From Opitutia bacterium KCR 482 (lineage in GTDB: Bacteria; Verrucomicrobiota; Verrucomicrobiia; Opitutales; Intestinicryptomonadaceae), in contig CP149973.1 of NCBI GenBank assembly GCA_029269845.2, positions 210,001 to 242,000 of the forward strand: a stretch of DNA of 32,000 nucleotides, given 5' to 3'. Of the stretch, positions 6,868 to 15,043 are shown piece by piece. The notes under the pieces are model-generated. The model was not told the origin of the DNA. It was given only the letters and a program-made list of their open reading frames with translations, and did not search any database. Positions within the stretch are counted from its first letter, which is position 1. The number at the start of each line of letters is the position of its first letter. The translations under genes were made by a program, and so were the position numbers.

Positions 6868-8463
6868 TTAAGCCTTTTTCATTTTTGCGAGGTTCGCCGC
6901 CGCAAGCAGGCAGGGCTGTTTGAGAATAATCAGCGTAAGCTCGTTCGTAGCCAATTTTTCTTCGAGGTAGCTCTTGATTTTTTCGCCGTCGCGCACGGGG
7001 TTGAACTCAACCACGTTCTGGACGCCGATTGCCTTTGCGACGTCCGCAATCGAAACCTTGTGCGGCGCGGGTGTGTGGTCGAGCTTTCTGCCCGTTCCGG
7101 GGTGTTCCTGTTGGCCTGTCATCGCGGTCGTGGAGTTGTCTACAACCACCACGACGTGCCCCGTTGCGGGCGGATTGTAGACCATTTCGAGAAGCCCCGT
7201 GAGACCGCTGTGCATGAAAGTGCTGTCGCCGATAACGCTTACGACTTTCCGCGCCTGCTCTTCGGGAAGGACTTTCCTAAGCCCTATTCCCATGCCGATT
7301 GACGCGCCCATGCAAATTTGCAGGTCCATTCCGCTTACGGGGCGCATTGCCGCGAGCGTGTAGCAGCCGATGTCGCCCGAAACTATGCAGTTGAGTTCCA
7401 CGAGCGGCTTGAAGCTGAAAGCGTGAGGGCAGCCGTTGCAGAGTTGCGGCGGCTTCATTTTGAGAAGGAGCGCGGCGTAGTCTGTCCTGCCCTCTATTTG
7501 CGCCTTTGCCCTGTCGGAATTGAATTCGCCGAAACGCCACACTTCGTCGCGCGGCTCGACGTTTGCGCCGCCCGCAAGCAGCAGTGTAGACATGTAGGGG
7601 TCGCCCTCTTCCACCACTACGCAACGCTTGTATTTTTTCGTAAATTCGGCGATTTTCTTTACGGGAAGCGGGTTCGAGAACGAGACTTTGAAGAAGCCCG
7701 CGTCGGGAGCCGCCTCCATTGCGTGCTGGAACGCCACGCCGCTTGCGATTATCCCCAGCTCGTCCGACTTGCCCTCGATTATTTTGTTCGGCGATTCGCC
7801 GGACTCGTTCCACGCGAGCATGTCGGCGTGCTTCTTGCGGAGGCGTCTGTGCGCGGGCTTTGCGTGCCCGGGGACCATGACGTGCACTGTGATGTCTTTT
7901 GCGTAGTTCGCGGGGTGGATGTCTTCAACCGCGTCGAGGTCGTACGAAACAACCGTATTGCTGTGGGCAATGCGTGTTGTGGTTCTAATGATGAACGGAA
8001 TCCCCCATTTGCGGGAAAGTTTGAACGCAAGGCGCGTGAGGTCGTAGGCCTCCTGCGAGTCGGCGGGTTCGAGGACGGGGAGTCCGCCCGCGTATGCAAG
8101 CGAGCGGGTATCCTGCTCGTTTTGGCTCGACGCCATTCCTGGGTCGTCTGCTACGACCGCTACAAACGCGCCCTGAACGCCGCTGTATGATGCCGTAAAG
8201 AACAGGTCTTGGGCTACATTGAAGCCGACGTGCTTCATTGTTACCATGGAATTTGCCTCCGCAAAAGCCGCTCCCAGCGCGACTTCCGCGGCAACTTTTT
8301 CGTTCGGCGCCCATTCGGCGTTTCCGCCGAGCAGGGAAAAGTTTTCGAGAATTTCGGTCGATGGCGTTCCGGGGTAGCCCACTCCGAGGGCGCAACCCGC
8401 GTGGCGTGCGGCGAGGGCTATTGCCTCGTTTCCGCTCAAAAGTTTCTTTACGATATTTGACAT
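6868..8463 (-). CDS. iorA: Indolepyruvate:ferredoxin oxidoreductase, alpha subunit (TPP-binding)
   Basis: 531 aa. LSGNEAIALAA...GYPGTPSTEI. TPP motif GDSTFMHSGLTGLLEMVYN. Cys motifs LCNGCPH and GDIGCYTL. Confidence 0.9.
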   Translation of the reverse strand: MSNIVKKLLSGNEAIALAARHAGCALGVGYPGTPSTEILENFSLLGGNAEWAPNEKVAAEVALGAAFAEANSMVTMKHVGFNVAQDLFFTASYSGVQGAFVAVVADDPGMASSQNEQDTRSLAYAGGLPVLEPADSQEAYDLTRLAFKLSRKWGIPFIIRTTTRIAHSNTVVSYDLDAVEDIHPANYAKDITVHVMVPGHAKPAHRRLRKKHADMLAWNESGESPNKIIEGKSDELGIIASGVAFQHAMEAAPDAGFFKVSFSNPLPVKKIAEFTKKYKRCVVVEEGDPYMSTLLLAGGANVEPRDEVWRFGEFNSDRAKAQIEGRTDYAALLLKMKPPQLCNGCPHAFSFKPLVELNCIVSGDIGCYTLAAMRPVSGMDLQICMGASIGMGIGLRKVLPEEQARKVVSVIGDSTFMHSGLTGLLEMVYNPPATGHVVVVVDNSTTAMTGQQEHPGTGRKLDHTPAPHKVSIADVAKAIGVQNVVEFNPVRDGEKIKSYLEEKLATNELTLIILKQPCLLAAANLAKMKKA

Positions 8464-8655
8464 ACTTTACGGATAATCCGACTTTTCGCGGAAATATTCA
8501 ACATCATTTTCCCGATTTCGGAAAAATTTTTGTCTTTTGTTCTTTAAAAAACGCGAAGCTGTCCGATAATTCACAATTAAACACGGGGCGCGCGCGGGTC
8601 GGGAACAATCCGCGACGCTTGCATATTTTCAAAAAACAAAACACTATAATAATAT

Positions 8656-10482
8656 ATGGACTACAAATTCAAAGCGGAAGTAAAACAGGTACTGGACATC
8701 GTCGTAAACTCGCTCTACACCGACAGGGAAATCTTCGTCAGGGAGCTTGTCTCGAACGCCGCAGACGCTTCCGAAAAACTGCGCTTCACCAAACTTTCCT
8801 CAGGCGGGAAAATCGCCGACGACGAGCTTAAAATCACCCTCTCGACCGACGAAAAGGCGAACACTTTCACAATCGAAGACCGCGGCATAGGCATGACCTC
8901 CGAAGAGCTTGTCGCGAACCTCGGAACAATCGCGCATTCAGGCTCGAAGGCGTTTTTGCAGGCTCTCAAAGAAAACAAGAGCGACTTGTCGGAAGGGCTT
9001 ATCGGGCAGTTCGGCGTGGGCTTTTACAGCGTATTCATGGTTGCCGACAAGGTTGACGTCTACACGAAAAGCGAAAACGGCGGCGGACTCCACTGGTCGT
9101 GCGCGGGCGACGAGAACTTCACGATTGAAGACTTTGACAAGCCCGAACGCGGCACGAAAATAGTCGCGACCCTCAAAAAGGAATACTCCGAATTTTCAAA
9201 GCCCGCGCGAATCAAGGAGATTGTCGAAAAGTACAGCGCGTACGTCGATTTCCCGATTTACTTCGGCGAAGAGAAAATCAAGACGATGCAGGCAATCTGG
9301 CTCAAAGCGAAGTCGGACATCACCCCCGAACAGTACGAAGACTTCTACAAATTCCAGACCCACTCTTTCGACAAGCCCATCGACTGGCTGCACTTCAAGG
9401 CGGACGCGCCCGTAGAGCTTAACGCGCTAATCTACATTCCCAACGAAAATCCCGAACGCCTCGGCTTCGGGAAAAGCAAGTGCGAAGTCTCTCTGTACTG
9501 CAAAAAGGTTCTGATTGACTCCGAACCCAAGAACCTCTTTCCCGAATGGCTGCGCTTCGTAAAGGGCGTAATCGACAGCGCCGACATTCCGCTGAACATC
9601 TCGCGCGAAAGCATGCAGGACAGCGCGCTTGTCAAAAAGCTCGGGCGCGTGGTTCTCAAACGCTTCCTTAAACACCTTGCCGACATCGCCAAAAAGGACA
9701 CCGCCAAGTACGACATGTTCTTCAAGAAATTCGGCGTGTTCCTCAAAGAGGGAGCGGCGGTCGATTTCGAAAACCGTACAGAACTAACAAAGCTGCTTCG
9801 CTTCGAGTCGAGCCTCTACGCCGACGGAACGAAAGTGTCTCTCGACGACTACGTTTCGAGAATGAAAGACGGCCAGACGGAAATCTACTACGCGTGCGGC
9901 GCGGACAGGAAAACGATTGAAAGCGCGCCGTACATCGAGGCGTTCGCCGCCCGCGGGCTTGAAGTGCTCTACCTCTACGAGCCTATCGACACTTTCCTTG
10001 TGGGCAACCTCGGAAGCTACTCCGAAAAGCCGTTCGCAAGCGTTGATTCCGACGTAAAACTCGGCGACGCGCCCAAGCCCGCCGACGGAGAGGCAATCCC
10101 CGAAGAAGCCCTGAAATCGCTCAAAGACTGGATTAAATCAACCCTCGGCGACACAAAGGTCGAATCGGTTTCGAGCGGCGAAAGGCTTGTAGAAAGCCCT
10201 GTTGCGGCAATCAATACCGACGGCATCACGCCGCAAATGCGCATGATGTTGAAGGCGATGAACCCCGACAATCCCCTCCCCGCCCCCGCGGTGAAGCTTG
10301 AAATCAACCCGCGCAGCGACGTAATCAAGAACCTCGAAACTCTGAGGAACGCCGACGAGCCGCTCGCAAAGCTCGTTCTCGAACAGCTTTACGACAACGC
10401 GCTGCTCGCGGCGGGGCTTCTTGAAAATCCGCGAGCGATGGCAAAGCGCATGAACGAAATTCTCGCAAAAGTTAAGGCGTAA
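8656..10482 (+). CDS. htpG: Molecular chaperone HtpG (Hsp90)
   Basis: 608 aa. FKAEVKQVLDIVVNSLYTDREIFVRELVSNAADA, GQFGVGFYSVFMVADKV, LNISRE. Confidence 0.95.
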   Translation: MDYKFKAEVKQVLDIVVNSLYTDREIFVRELVSNAADASEKLRFTKLSSGGKIADDELKITLSTDEKANTFTIEDRGIGMTSEELVANLGTIAHSGSKAFLQALKENKSDLSEGLIGQFGVGFYSVFMVADKVDVYTKSENGGGLHWSCAGDENFTIEDFDKPERGTKIVATLKKEYSEFSKPARIKEIVEKYSAYVDFPIYFGEEKIKTMQAIWLKAKSDITPEQYEDFYKFQTHSFDKPIDWLHFKADAPVELNALIYIPNENPERLGFGKSKCEVSLYCKKVLIDSEPKNLFPEWLRFVKGVIDSADIPLNISRESMQDSALVKKLGRVVLKRFLKHLADIAKKDTAKYDMFFKKFGVFLKEGAAVDFENRTELTKLLRFESSLYADGTKVSLDDYVSRMKDGQTEIYYACGADRKTIESAPYIEAFAARGLEVLYLYEPIDTFLVGNLGSYSEKPFASVDSDVKLGDAPKPADGEAIPEEALKSLKDWIKSTLGDTKVESVSSGERLVESPVAAINTDGITPQMRMMLKAMNPDNPLPAPAVKLEINPRSDVIKNLETLRNADEPLAKLVLEQLYDNALLAAGLLENPRAMAKRMNEILAKVKA

Positions 10483-10512
10483 AACCCCGCCGCAACTTGT
10501 TGCGTTTTAAGG

Positions 10513-10542
10513 AACGCCCTTCGGAAACGGAGGGCGTTTTTT
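10513..10542 (+). terminator. Rho-independent terminator after htpG
   Basis: AACGCCCT-tcggaaacgg-AGGGCGTT followed by a T-run (10537..10542), about 30 nt after the htpG stop. Confidence 0.75.
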
Positions 10543-10700
10543 GCGCGGCAAAAGGCGGGGCAAATGTGCGTTTGTTTAAAAAAGTCAAAATAGTCCAAGA
10601 ATCGGAGGATAAAGAACAAAGCGAATGTCGGATTTCCCTTGCTTATACAAACTTTTGTTTTTATTGTATTATAAATAACGAAAAGGAGAAAACCACATCA

Positions 10701-12266
10701 ATGAAAAAATACCTCATACTATCATGCGCGCTTGCGGCGTCCTCCGCTTTCGCCGCAACTGTAACAATAAACGGTTCGGCGGTCTCGGGCGAGGCGCAAC
10801 ATAACAGCGTTGTCAGCTCGAACCCGGGCGACGACGTTGTTTTATCGGTAGACGAAACGCTCAAAAACTACCACTTCTTCGGCAAAAAAGACAACACCAT
10901 GAAGTCAATGTCGTCCACTGCGTCGTACATACACTTCTTCGGGCCCTATCAAAACGGCGCGAACAGCGGCATTATCGACATTGCCGCGGAATCTGGCGAG
11001 GCCGACGCAATGAACTTTGCGGGCAAGTTCTACATGAACCTCGCAAACCTTAAGATTACAAATTCGGTCGGCGGAAAAAACGCCACGGCGAATTTGAAAT
11101 TCGACATCTTTGAATTATGGAGCATGGCGATCGCGCCGAACAACCAAATCCAAAGCATTTCGTTCGAAAACGTCAAGGCTAGCGTAACGACGGCGAACGG
11201 CGCGATCATAGGCTCTACCGGCTACAATTATACGCCGAATGCTGCGTCGATAAACGTGGCGGCAAATGCCGAGGTTGCGTGGAACGGCGCGCAAACAGTC
11301 GAGCAGAACGGCATAATAAACGTTATGGGCTCGTATACAAACGCGGGCGCGCTGACTTTGAAAAAAGGCGGTCAGACCATCGTCGATAGCGGCGCGACCT
11401 ACAACATCAACGCAGGCGGCACGATAGCGGGTAGCATTACGACAAGCGGCACGCTCAACGTCGCGGGCGGCACGACGTTCTCGAACGGCTCTAGCATCGA
11501 CGTCATCGACGGCAACGTTGTTTTTGCCGACGACACAAAGTTCGGAACAACCGCCGCTATCAATATTTCGGGCGGCACGGTTACCGCGACAAAAGACCTC
11601 GAATTCGGCTCTATTATCAGCACGGGCGGCAAGCTCGTACAGACGACCGGCGACGGCATTAAAATCATCGGCAACTCGACGCTGTCCGACAACGGCGTTT
11701 GGGATATCAAAAACAAAGTTCAGGTAAACGGCGGCGCTTCGTTCACGCTCGACAACAGCAACCTGAATTTGTCCGGCACAAACCAGCGTTTCATTCTCGT
11801 CAACGACGGCACAATCACGCTCAACCAGATGTACAAAACCTCGCGGGCGGGCGGAGCTATTCCGATTGTGTTTACGGGCACGAAATCGGGCACTTTGATT
11901 ATCGGCGGCGACATTTCGTTGGAGTTCATCAACAACATAAACGACAAAGTTGCTAACATCGTTCTCGCAAACGAAGACGCGGTGCTGAGGCTCGTTTCGG
12001 TTGACGACACGCTGAAATTCAAGAACGACAACGGCTTGGCTATCTTCAATTTCAGGGAAAACGCGATTTTTGTCGGCGATAGCGCGACCGAATCCGAACT
12101 TGCGCTCGTCAAGCTCTATTCGGGCATGGACGATTCGAGCTACATCGGAACGGCGAAACTTGTGAACGGCTGGCTGACGGCGGCTATCCCCGAACCCGCC
12201 GAATGGGCGGCGATTTTCGGCGGCATTGCGCTGGCGATTGCGGTCTACCGCAGAAGAAGGGCATAA
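10701..12266 (+). CDS. Secreted beta-helix-like repeat protein with C-terminal PEP-CTERM sorting signal
   Basis: Start moved to ATG 10701: RBS AAAGGAGAA at 10683..10690 and signal peptide MKKYLILSCALAASSAFAATV. Gly/Thr/Asn-rich repeats (GGTIAGSITTSGTLNVAGGTTFSNGSSIDV...). C-terminus IPEPAEWAAIFGGIALAIAVYRRRRA = PEP motif + TM + Arg cluster. Confidence 0.85.
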   Translation: MKKYLILSCALAASSAFAATVTINGSAVSGEAQHNSVVSSNPGDDVVLSVDETLKNYHFFGKKDNTMKSMSSTASYIHFFGPYQNGANSGIIDIAAESGEADAMNFAGKFYMNLANLKITNSVGGKNATANLKFDIFELWSMAIAPNNQIQSISFENVKASVTTANGAIIGSTGYNYTPNAASINVAANAEVAWNGAQTVEQNGIINVMGSYTNAGALTLKKGGQTIVDSGATYNINAGGTIAGSITTSGTLNVAGGTTFSNGSSIDVIDGNVVFADDTKFGTTAAINISGGTVTATKDLEFGSIISTGGKLVQTTGDGIKIIGNSTLSDNGVWDIKNKVQVNGGASFTLDNSNLNLSGTNQRFILVNDGTITLNQMYKTSRAGGAIPIVFTGTKSGTLIIGGDISLEFINNINDKVANIVLANEDAVLRLVSVDDTLKFKNDNGLAIFNFRENAIFVGDSATESELALVKLYSGMDDSSYIGTAKLVNGWLTAAIPEPAEWAAIFGGIALAIAVYRRRRA

Positions 12267-12292
12267 CTCCTTTTTTTCATAAGATAGTATTG

Positions 12293-12322
12293 GCGTCGCC
12301 CGATTTTCGGGCGGCGTTTTTT
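12293..12322 (+). terminator. Rho-independent terminator after the PEP-CTERM gene
   Basis: GCGTCGCCCG-atttt-CGGGCGGCG (one G-U pair) followed by TTTTTT (12317..12322). Confidence 0.75.
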
Positions 12323-12361
12323 GTTGCATGGCGCAAAATTTTTCCGATAAACTCGTCTATT

Positions 12362-12886
12362 ATGAAAAAGGATACAGCCGTTTTTACCAGACGCTCCGTC
12401 AGAGCCTACGACTCGTCGAAGCGCGTTTCGAAAGAGCAAATCGAAGACATTTTGGACGCCGCAATGCACGCGCCGTCGGCGATGAACAAACAGCCGTGGC
12501 GTTTTGTTGTGGCGACCGAAGACTCGGTCTTGGACGCCCTCACGAAAGCGCACCCCTACTGCGAGTCGGTCAAAGACGCGCATTCCGCGATAATCGTTTG
12601 CGGCGACTTGGACGAACAGTTCTCAACCCCCTGCGGCGGCTACTACGAGTACGACTGCTCCGCCGCCGCGCAGAACATTTTGATACGCGCAAAAGAGCTA
12701 GGGCTCGGCACGTGCTGGTGCGGTGTTGCGCCCGAAAAGGAGCGCATGGAGGCTATCCGCAGGCTTTTCGGAATGCCGAAAAACATAGCGCCGATGGCGT
12801 TGATAATTCTCGGCTATCCAGCGGAGTCGCCTGAGCTTGACGCCCCGCGCTACACCCCCGCCAAAGTCCACTGGCAAAAGTGGTGA
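12362..12886 (+). CDS. Nitroreductase family protein
   Basis: 174 aa from ATG 12362. RRSVRAYDS...ILDAAMHAPSAMNKQPWRFVV. GLGTCWCG near the C-terminus. Confidence 0.85.
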   Translation: MKKDTAVFTRRSVRAYDSSKRVSKEQIEDILDAAMHAPSAMNKQPWRFVVATEDSVLDALTKAHPYCESVKDAHSAIIVCGDLDEQFSTPCGGYYEYDCSAAAQNILIRAKELGLGTCWCGVAPEKERMEAIRRLFGMPKNIAPMALIILGYPAESPELDAPRYTPAKVHWQKW

Positions 12887-13054
12887 TGAAGCTTGGCGGA
12901 TTCCCCAAGCTTTTCTTGGGCTTGTGAAGCTGGCGGATAAATGCGTTTCGCTTGTTGCGGCTTGGTCACGTACGCAAGTACGCTCCCATCGCCTCACTGC
13001 GCAAAGCCGCATTTCTTCGCTCAGCTTGACAAGCCTAAGCAGCGCGGCTGTGCC

Positions 13055-13096
13055 GCGCATGGAGTTTTTTAAACTTGTTAGCGGATAGCCGTTTTG
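13055..13096. repeat. Direct repeat copy A (GCGCATGGAGTTTTTT...GCGGATAGCCGTTTTG)
   Basis: Matches copy B 138 bp downstream: 16/16 in the left block and 15/16 in the right block. Preceded by a perfect 7-bp GC hairpin GCGCGGC-tgt-GCCGCGC (13042..13058). Confidence 0.6.
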
Positions 13097-13192
13097 CAGG
13101 CTGGAGCCTGCACGCCGACGGAGGGGGTTGCCGCCCCAAAAGGCGGTTTTCGCTACCACGAAAACTTCCGCCTGTTCCCCCACTGCACAGCT

Positions 13193-13233
13193 GCGCATGG
13201 AGTTTTTTGATTAGTATGCGGATTGCCGTTTTG
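13193..13233. repeat. Direct repeat copy B (GCGCATGGAGTTTTTT...GCGGATTGCCGTTTTG)
   Basis: See copy A. Preceded by the near-palindrome GCACAGCTGCGC. Followed by the palindrome AAAAAATGC-ttcc-GCATTTTTT (13233..13254). Confidence 0.6.
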
Positions 13234-13342
13234 AAAAAATGCTTCCGCATTTTTTGTGGCTTGGTGTTTTGCGGAAGCTTCGAAGAAAAACCGTGGATTA
13301 GCGGATACCACAAGCCCAATCGGGACTTGGGCAATATCCAAC

Positions 13343-14269
13343 TTACCATTGAGGTTCGACGTGGACGTTGATTATCGACCTGCCGATGTTCGCCCTCAAA
13401 ACGCGCTCGACCCGCTCGGAAATTTCGTGCGCCTCAACAATCGAAAGCGACGCGTCAACGTGAATGTTTACGTCTATAACGTACACGTTCCCCGACGCCC
13501 TTACACGCAGGTCGTGCGATTTTATCACGCCGTCAACGTCGCCTATGAGCGACGAAACCTTTTCGCGCAGTCCGTCGGGGGCTTTGTCCAAAAGCTCGTC
13601 AATCGCCCGCGACGAAAGTTTTATCGAGACCCAAATCACGATTATCGCAACCGCGAGCGCCGCTATTGCGTCCGCCGAATGGAAGCCCAAGAACGAGCCT
13701 GCCACGCCGAAAAACACCACCGCCGAGCTCCAAATGTCGGTGGAAAAGTGGAGCGCGTCAGCCTCCAACGCCTGACTTCTGTACTTTTTTGCCGCCTTCA
13801 TCAGCGCGCGCGAACGCCCCACGTCCACGGCGATTGACGCAATCACAACCGCGAAGCTCCAAAAGCCGACCTCGATTGCGGAGTGCTTTAAAATCAGCCG
13901 CGCCACCGCCTCGTAGATAATCCAGCCGCATGTGATAAGCAGAAGCAGAGCCTCTATGAGCGCGGAAAAATTCTCTATCTTGCCGTGTCCGAAATTGTGC
14001 TCTTTGTCGGCGGGCTTGTCGGAAAGGCGCACGGCAACCCACGTCACGGCGGCGGCTACCAAATCGAGCGCGGAGTGCAAAGCTTCCGACAAAATGCCCA
14101 GGCTGCCCGTCGAAATTGCGACCGCCATTTTCAGCGCGACGAGTGCCGCCGCCGCTCCTACCGAAAGCATCGCCGCCCTGTTTTTTCCCTGTGAGTCCGC
14201 CGTCATTTTTAATTCAACATCGTACAATATTGCGCCGTTCGAAGCTGTCGCGCAAGCCGGCATTTTCAA
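13343..14269 (-). CDS. Cation diffusion facilitator (CDF) family metal efflux transporter
   Basis: SLGILSEALHSALDLVAA, HNFGHGKIENFSALIEALLL, HFSTDIWSS, C-terminal dimerisation domain (DLRVRASGNVYVIDVNIHVD). Start uncertain: TTG 14269, ATG 14263 or ATG 14206. Confidence 0.85.
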   Translation of the reverse strand: MKMPACATASNGAILYDVELKMTADSQGKNRAAMLSVGAAAALVALKMAVAISTGSLGILSEALHSALDLVAAAVTWVAVRLSDKPADKEHNFGHGKIENFSALIEALLLLITCGWIIYEAVARLILKHSAIEVGFWSFAVVIASIAVDVGRSRALMKAAKKYRSQALEADALHFSTDIWSSAVVFFGVAGSFLGFHSADAIAALAVAIIVIWVSIKLSSRAIDELLDKAPDGLREKVSSLIGDVDGVIKSHDLRVRASGNVYVIDVNIHVDASLSIVEAHEISERVERVLRANIGRSIINVHVEPQW

Positions 14270-14288
14270 AAAATGCTTTTTTTGAAAA
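14263..14288. promoter_or_regulatory. AT-rich perfect inverted repeat in the CDF/coaB divergent region (candidate operator)
   Basis: TTTTCAAAAAA-tgct-TTTTTTGAAAA, 11-bp arms. Overlaps the two upstream-most candidate CDF start codons and lies 24 nt upstream of coaB ATG 14312. Confidence 0.3.
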
Positions 14289-14311
14289 AAATTTCTAGTA
14301 GGATTCGCCCC

Positions 14312-14965
14312 ATGAAAAAAATCAGATGTTTGGTGACGGCGGGCCCCACCCGCGAATATTTCGACCCTGTGCGCTTCATTAGCAACCCCTCGACGGGCAA
14401 AATGGGCTGCGCCGTAGCCGCCGCCGCCCGCGCCAAAGGCTGGGACACCACCCTTGTGCTCGGACCTTCCGCCCTGCCAGACATCGACGGAGTAAAAACC
14501 CTGCGCGTAGTCTCCGCCGCCGACATGTTCGCCGCCTGCGACAAACTCTTCGACTCGTGCGACATTCTGATAATGTCCGCCGCCGTAAGCGACGTGCGCC
14601 CCAAAACTGTGCTTTCGCGCAAGGCAAAAAAGGACGAGATAGACCTCAACCCCCAGCTTGAACGCACGCCCGACATTCTGCTCGAATTATCAAAACGCAA
14701 AAAAAATCAGATTTTGATAGGCTTTGCCGCCGAAACCCAAAACGTGCTCGAATACGCAAAAGACAAACTCGAACGCAAGAACCTCGACGGCATAGTCGCA
14801 AACAACGTCGGTGCGGAGGGCGCGGGCTTCGCCGCCGACACAAACAAAATCGACCTGATTCTGCGCAGCGGCGAAGTTGTAGATTTCCGCAAAGGCTCGA
14901 AGTCGGAAGTCGCCGAGCTGCTCGTTTCGTTCCTTTCGGCGCGTTTCTTCAACGAGCCTATTTAA
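14312..14965 (+). CDS. coaB: Phosphopantothenate-cysteine ligase (stand-alone CoaB domain)
   Basis: 217 aa from ATG 14312. VTAGPTREYFDPVRFISNPSTGKMG, ILIMSAAVSDVRP, KKD...L.L.RTPDIL, IGFAAET. No flavoprotein (CoaC) domain upstream; the divergent gene begins immediately. Confidence 0.8.
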   Translation: MKKIRCLVTAGPTREYFDPVRFISNPSTGKMGCAVAAAARAKGWDTTLVLGPSALPDIDGVKTLRVVSAADMFAACDKLFDSCDILIMSAAVSDVRPKTVLSRKAKKDEIDLNPQLERTPDILLELSKRKKNQILIGFAAETQNVLEYAKDKLERKNLDGIVANNVGAEGAGFAADTNKIDLILRSGEVVDFRKGSKSEVAELLVSFLSARFFNEPI

Positions 14966-14974
14966 CAATCACGC

Positions 14975-15008
14975 GCTGACGACGGCGCGCAATACTTCCG
15001 CCGTCAGC
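14975..15008. terminator. Hairpin between convergent coaB and the DUF167 gene (possible bidirectional terminator, no U tract)
   Basis: GCTGACGACGG-cgcgcaatactt-CCGCCGTCAGC. 11-bp stem with one mismatch that is a G-U pair in the minus-strand RNA (an A-C mismatch in the plus-strand RNA). Confidence 0.3.
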
Positions 15009-15043
15009 TTCGCCGCGTTTGGATTGACCGACGCAAACGCGCC

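Noticed and set aside
8464-8655. Heat-shock regulatory element (CIRCE or a sigma32 promoter) upstream of htpG; also the imperfect palindrome TTTTCCCGATTTCGGAAAAA (8507..8526).
   Set aside because: No match to TTAGCACTC-N9-GAGTGCTAA or to CTTGAAA/CCCCATNT. The palindrome is short, AT-rich and imperfect, so it is not strong enough to call.
11115-12329. 404-aa minus-strand ORF antisense to the PEP-CTERM gene.
   Set aside because: Shadow ORF. It reads through the plus-strand terminator and has an Arg/Val-rich composition.
12887-13342. Possible CRISPR array or tRNA/ncRNA gene in the repeat-rich spacer.
   Set aside because: There are only two good repeat copies, with degenerate further fragments and irregular spacing. 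There is no cas gene nearby, no cloverleaf, and no GTTCGAATC-type T-loop.
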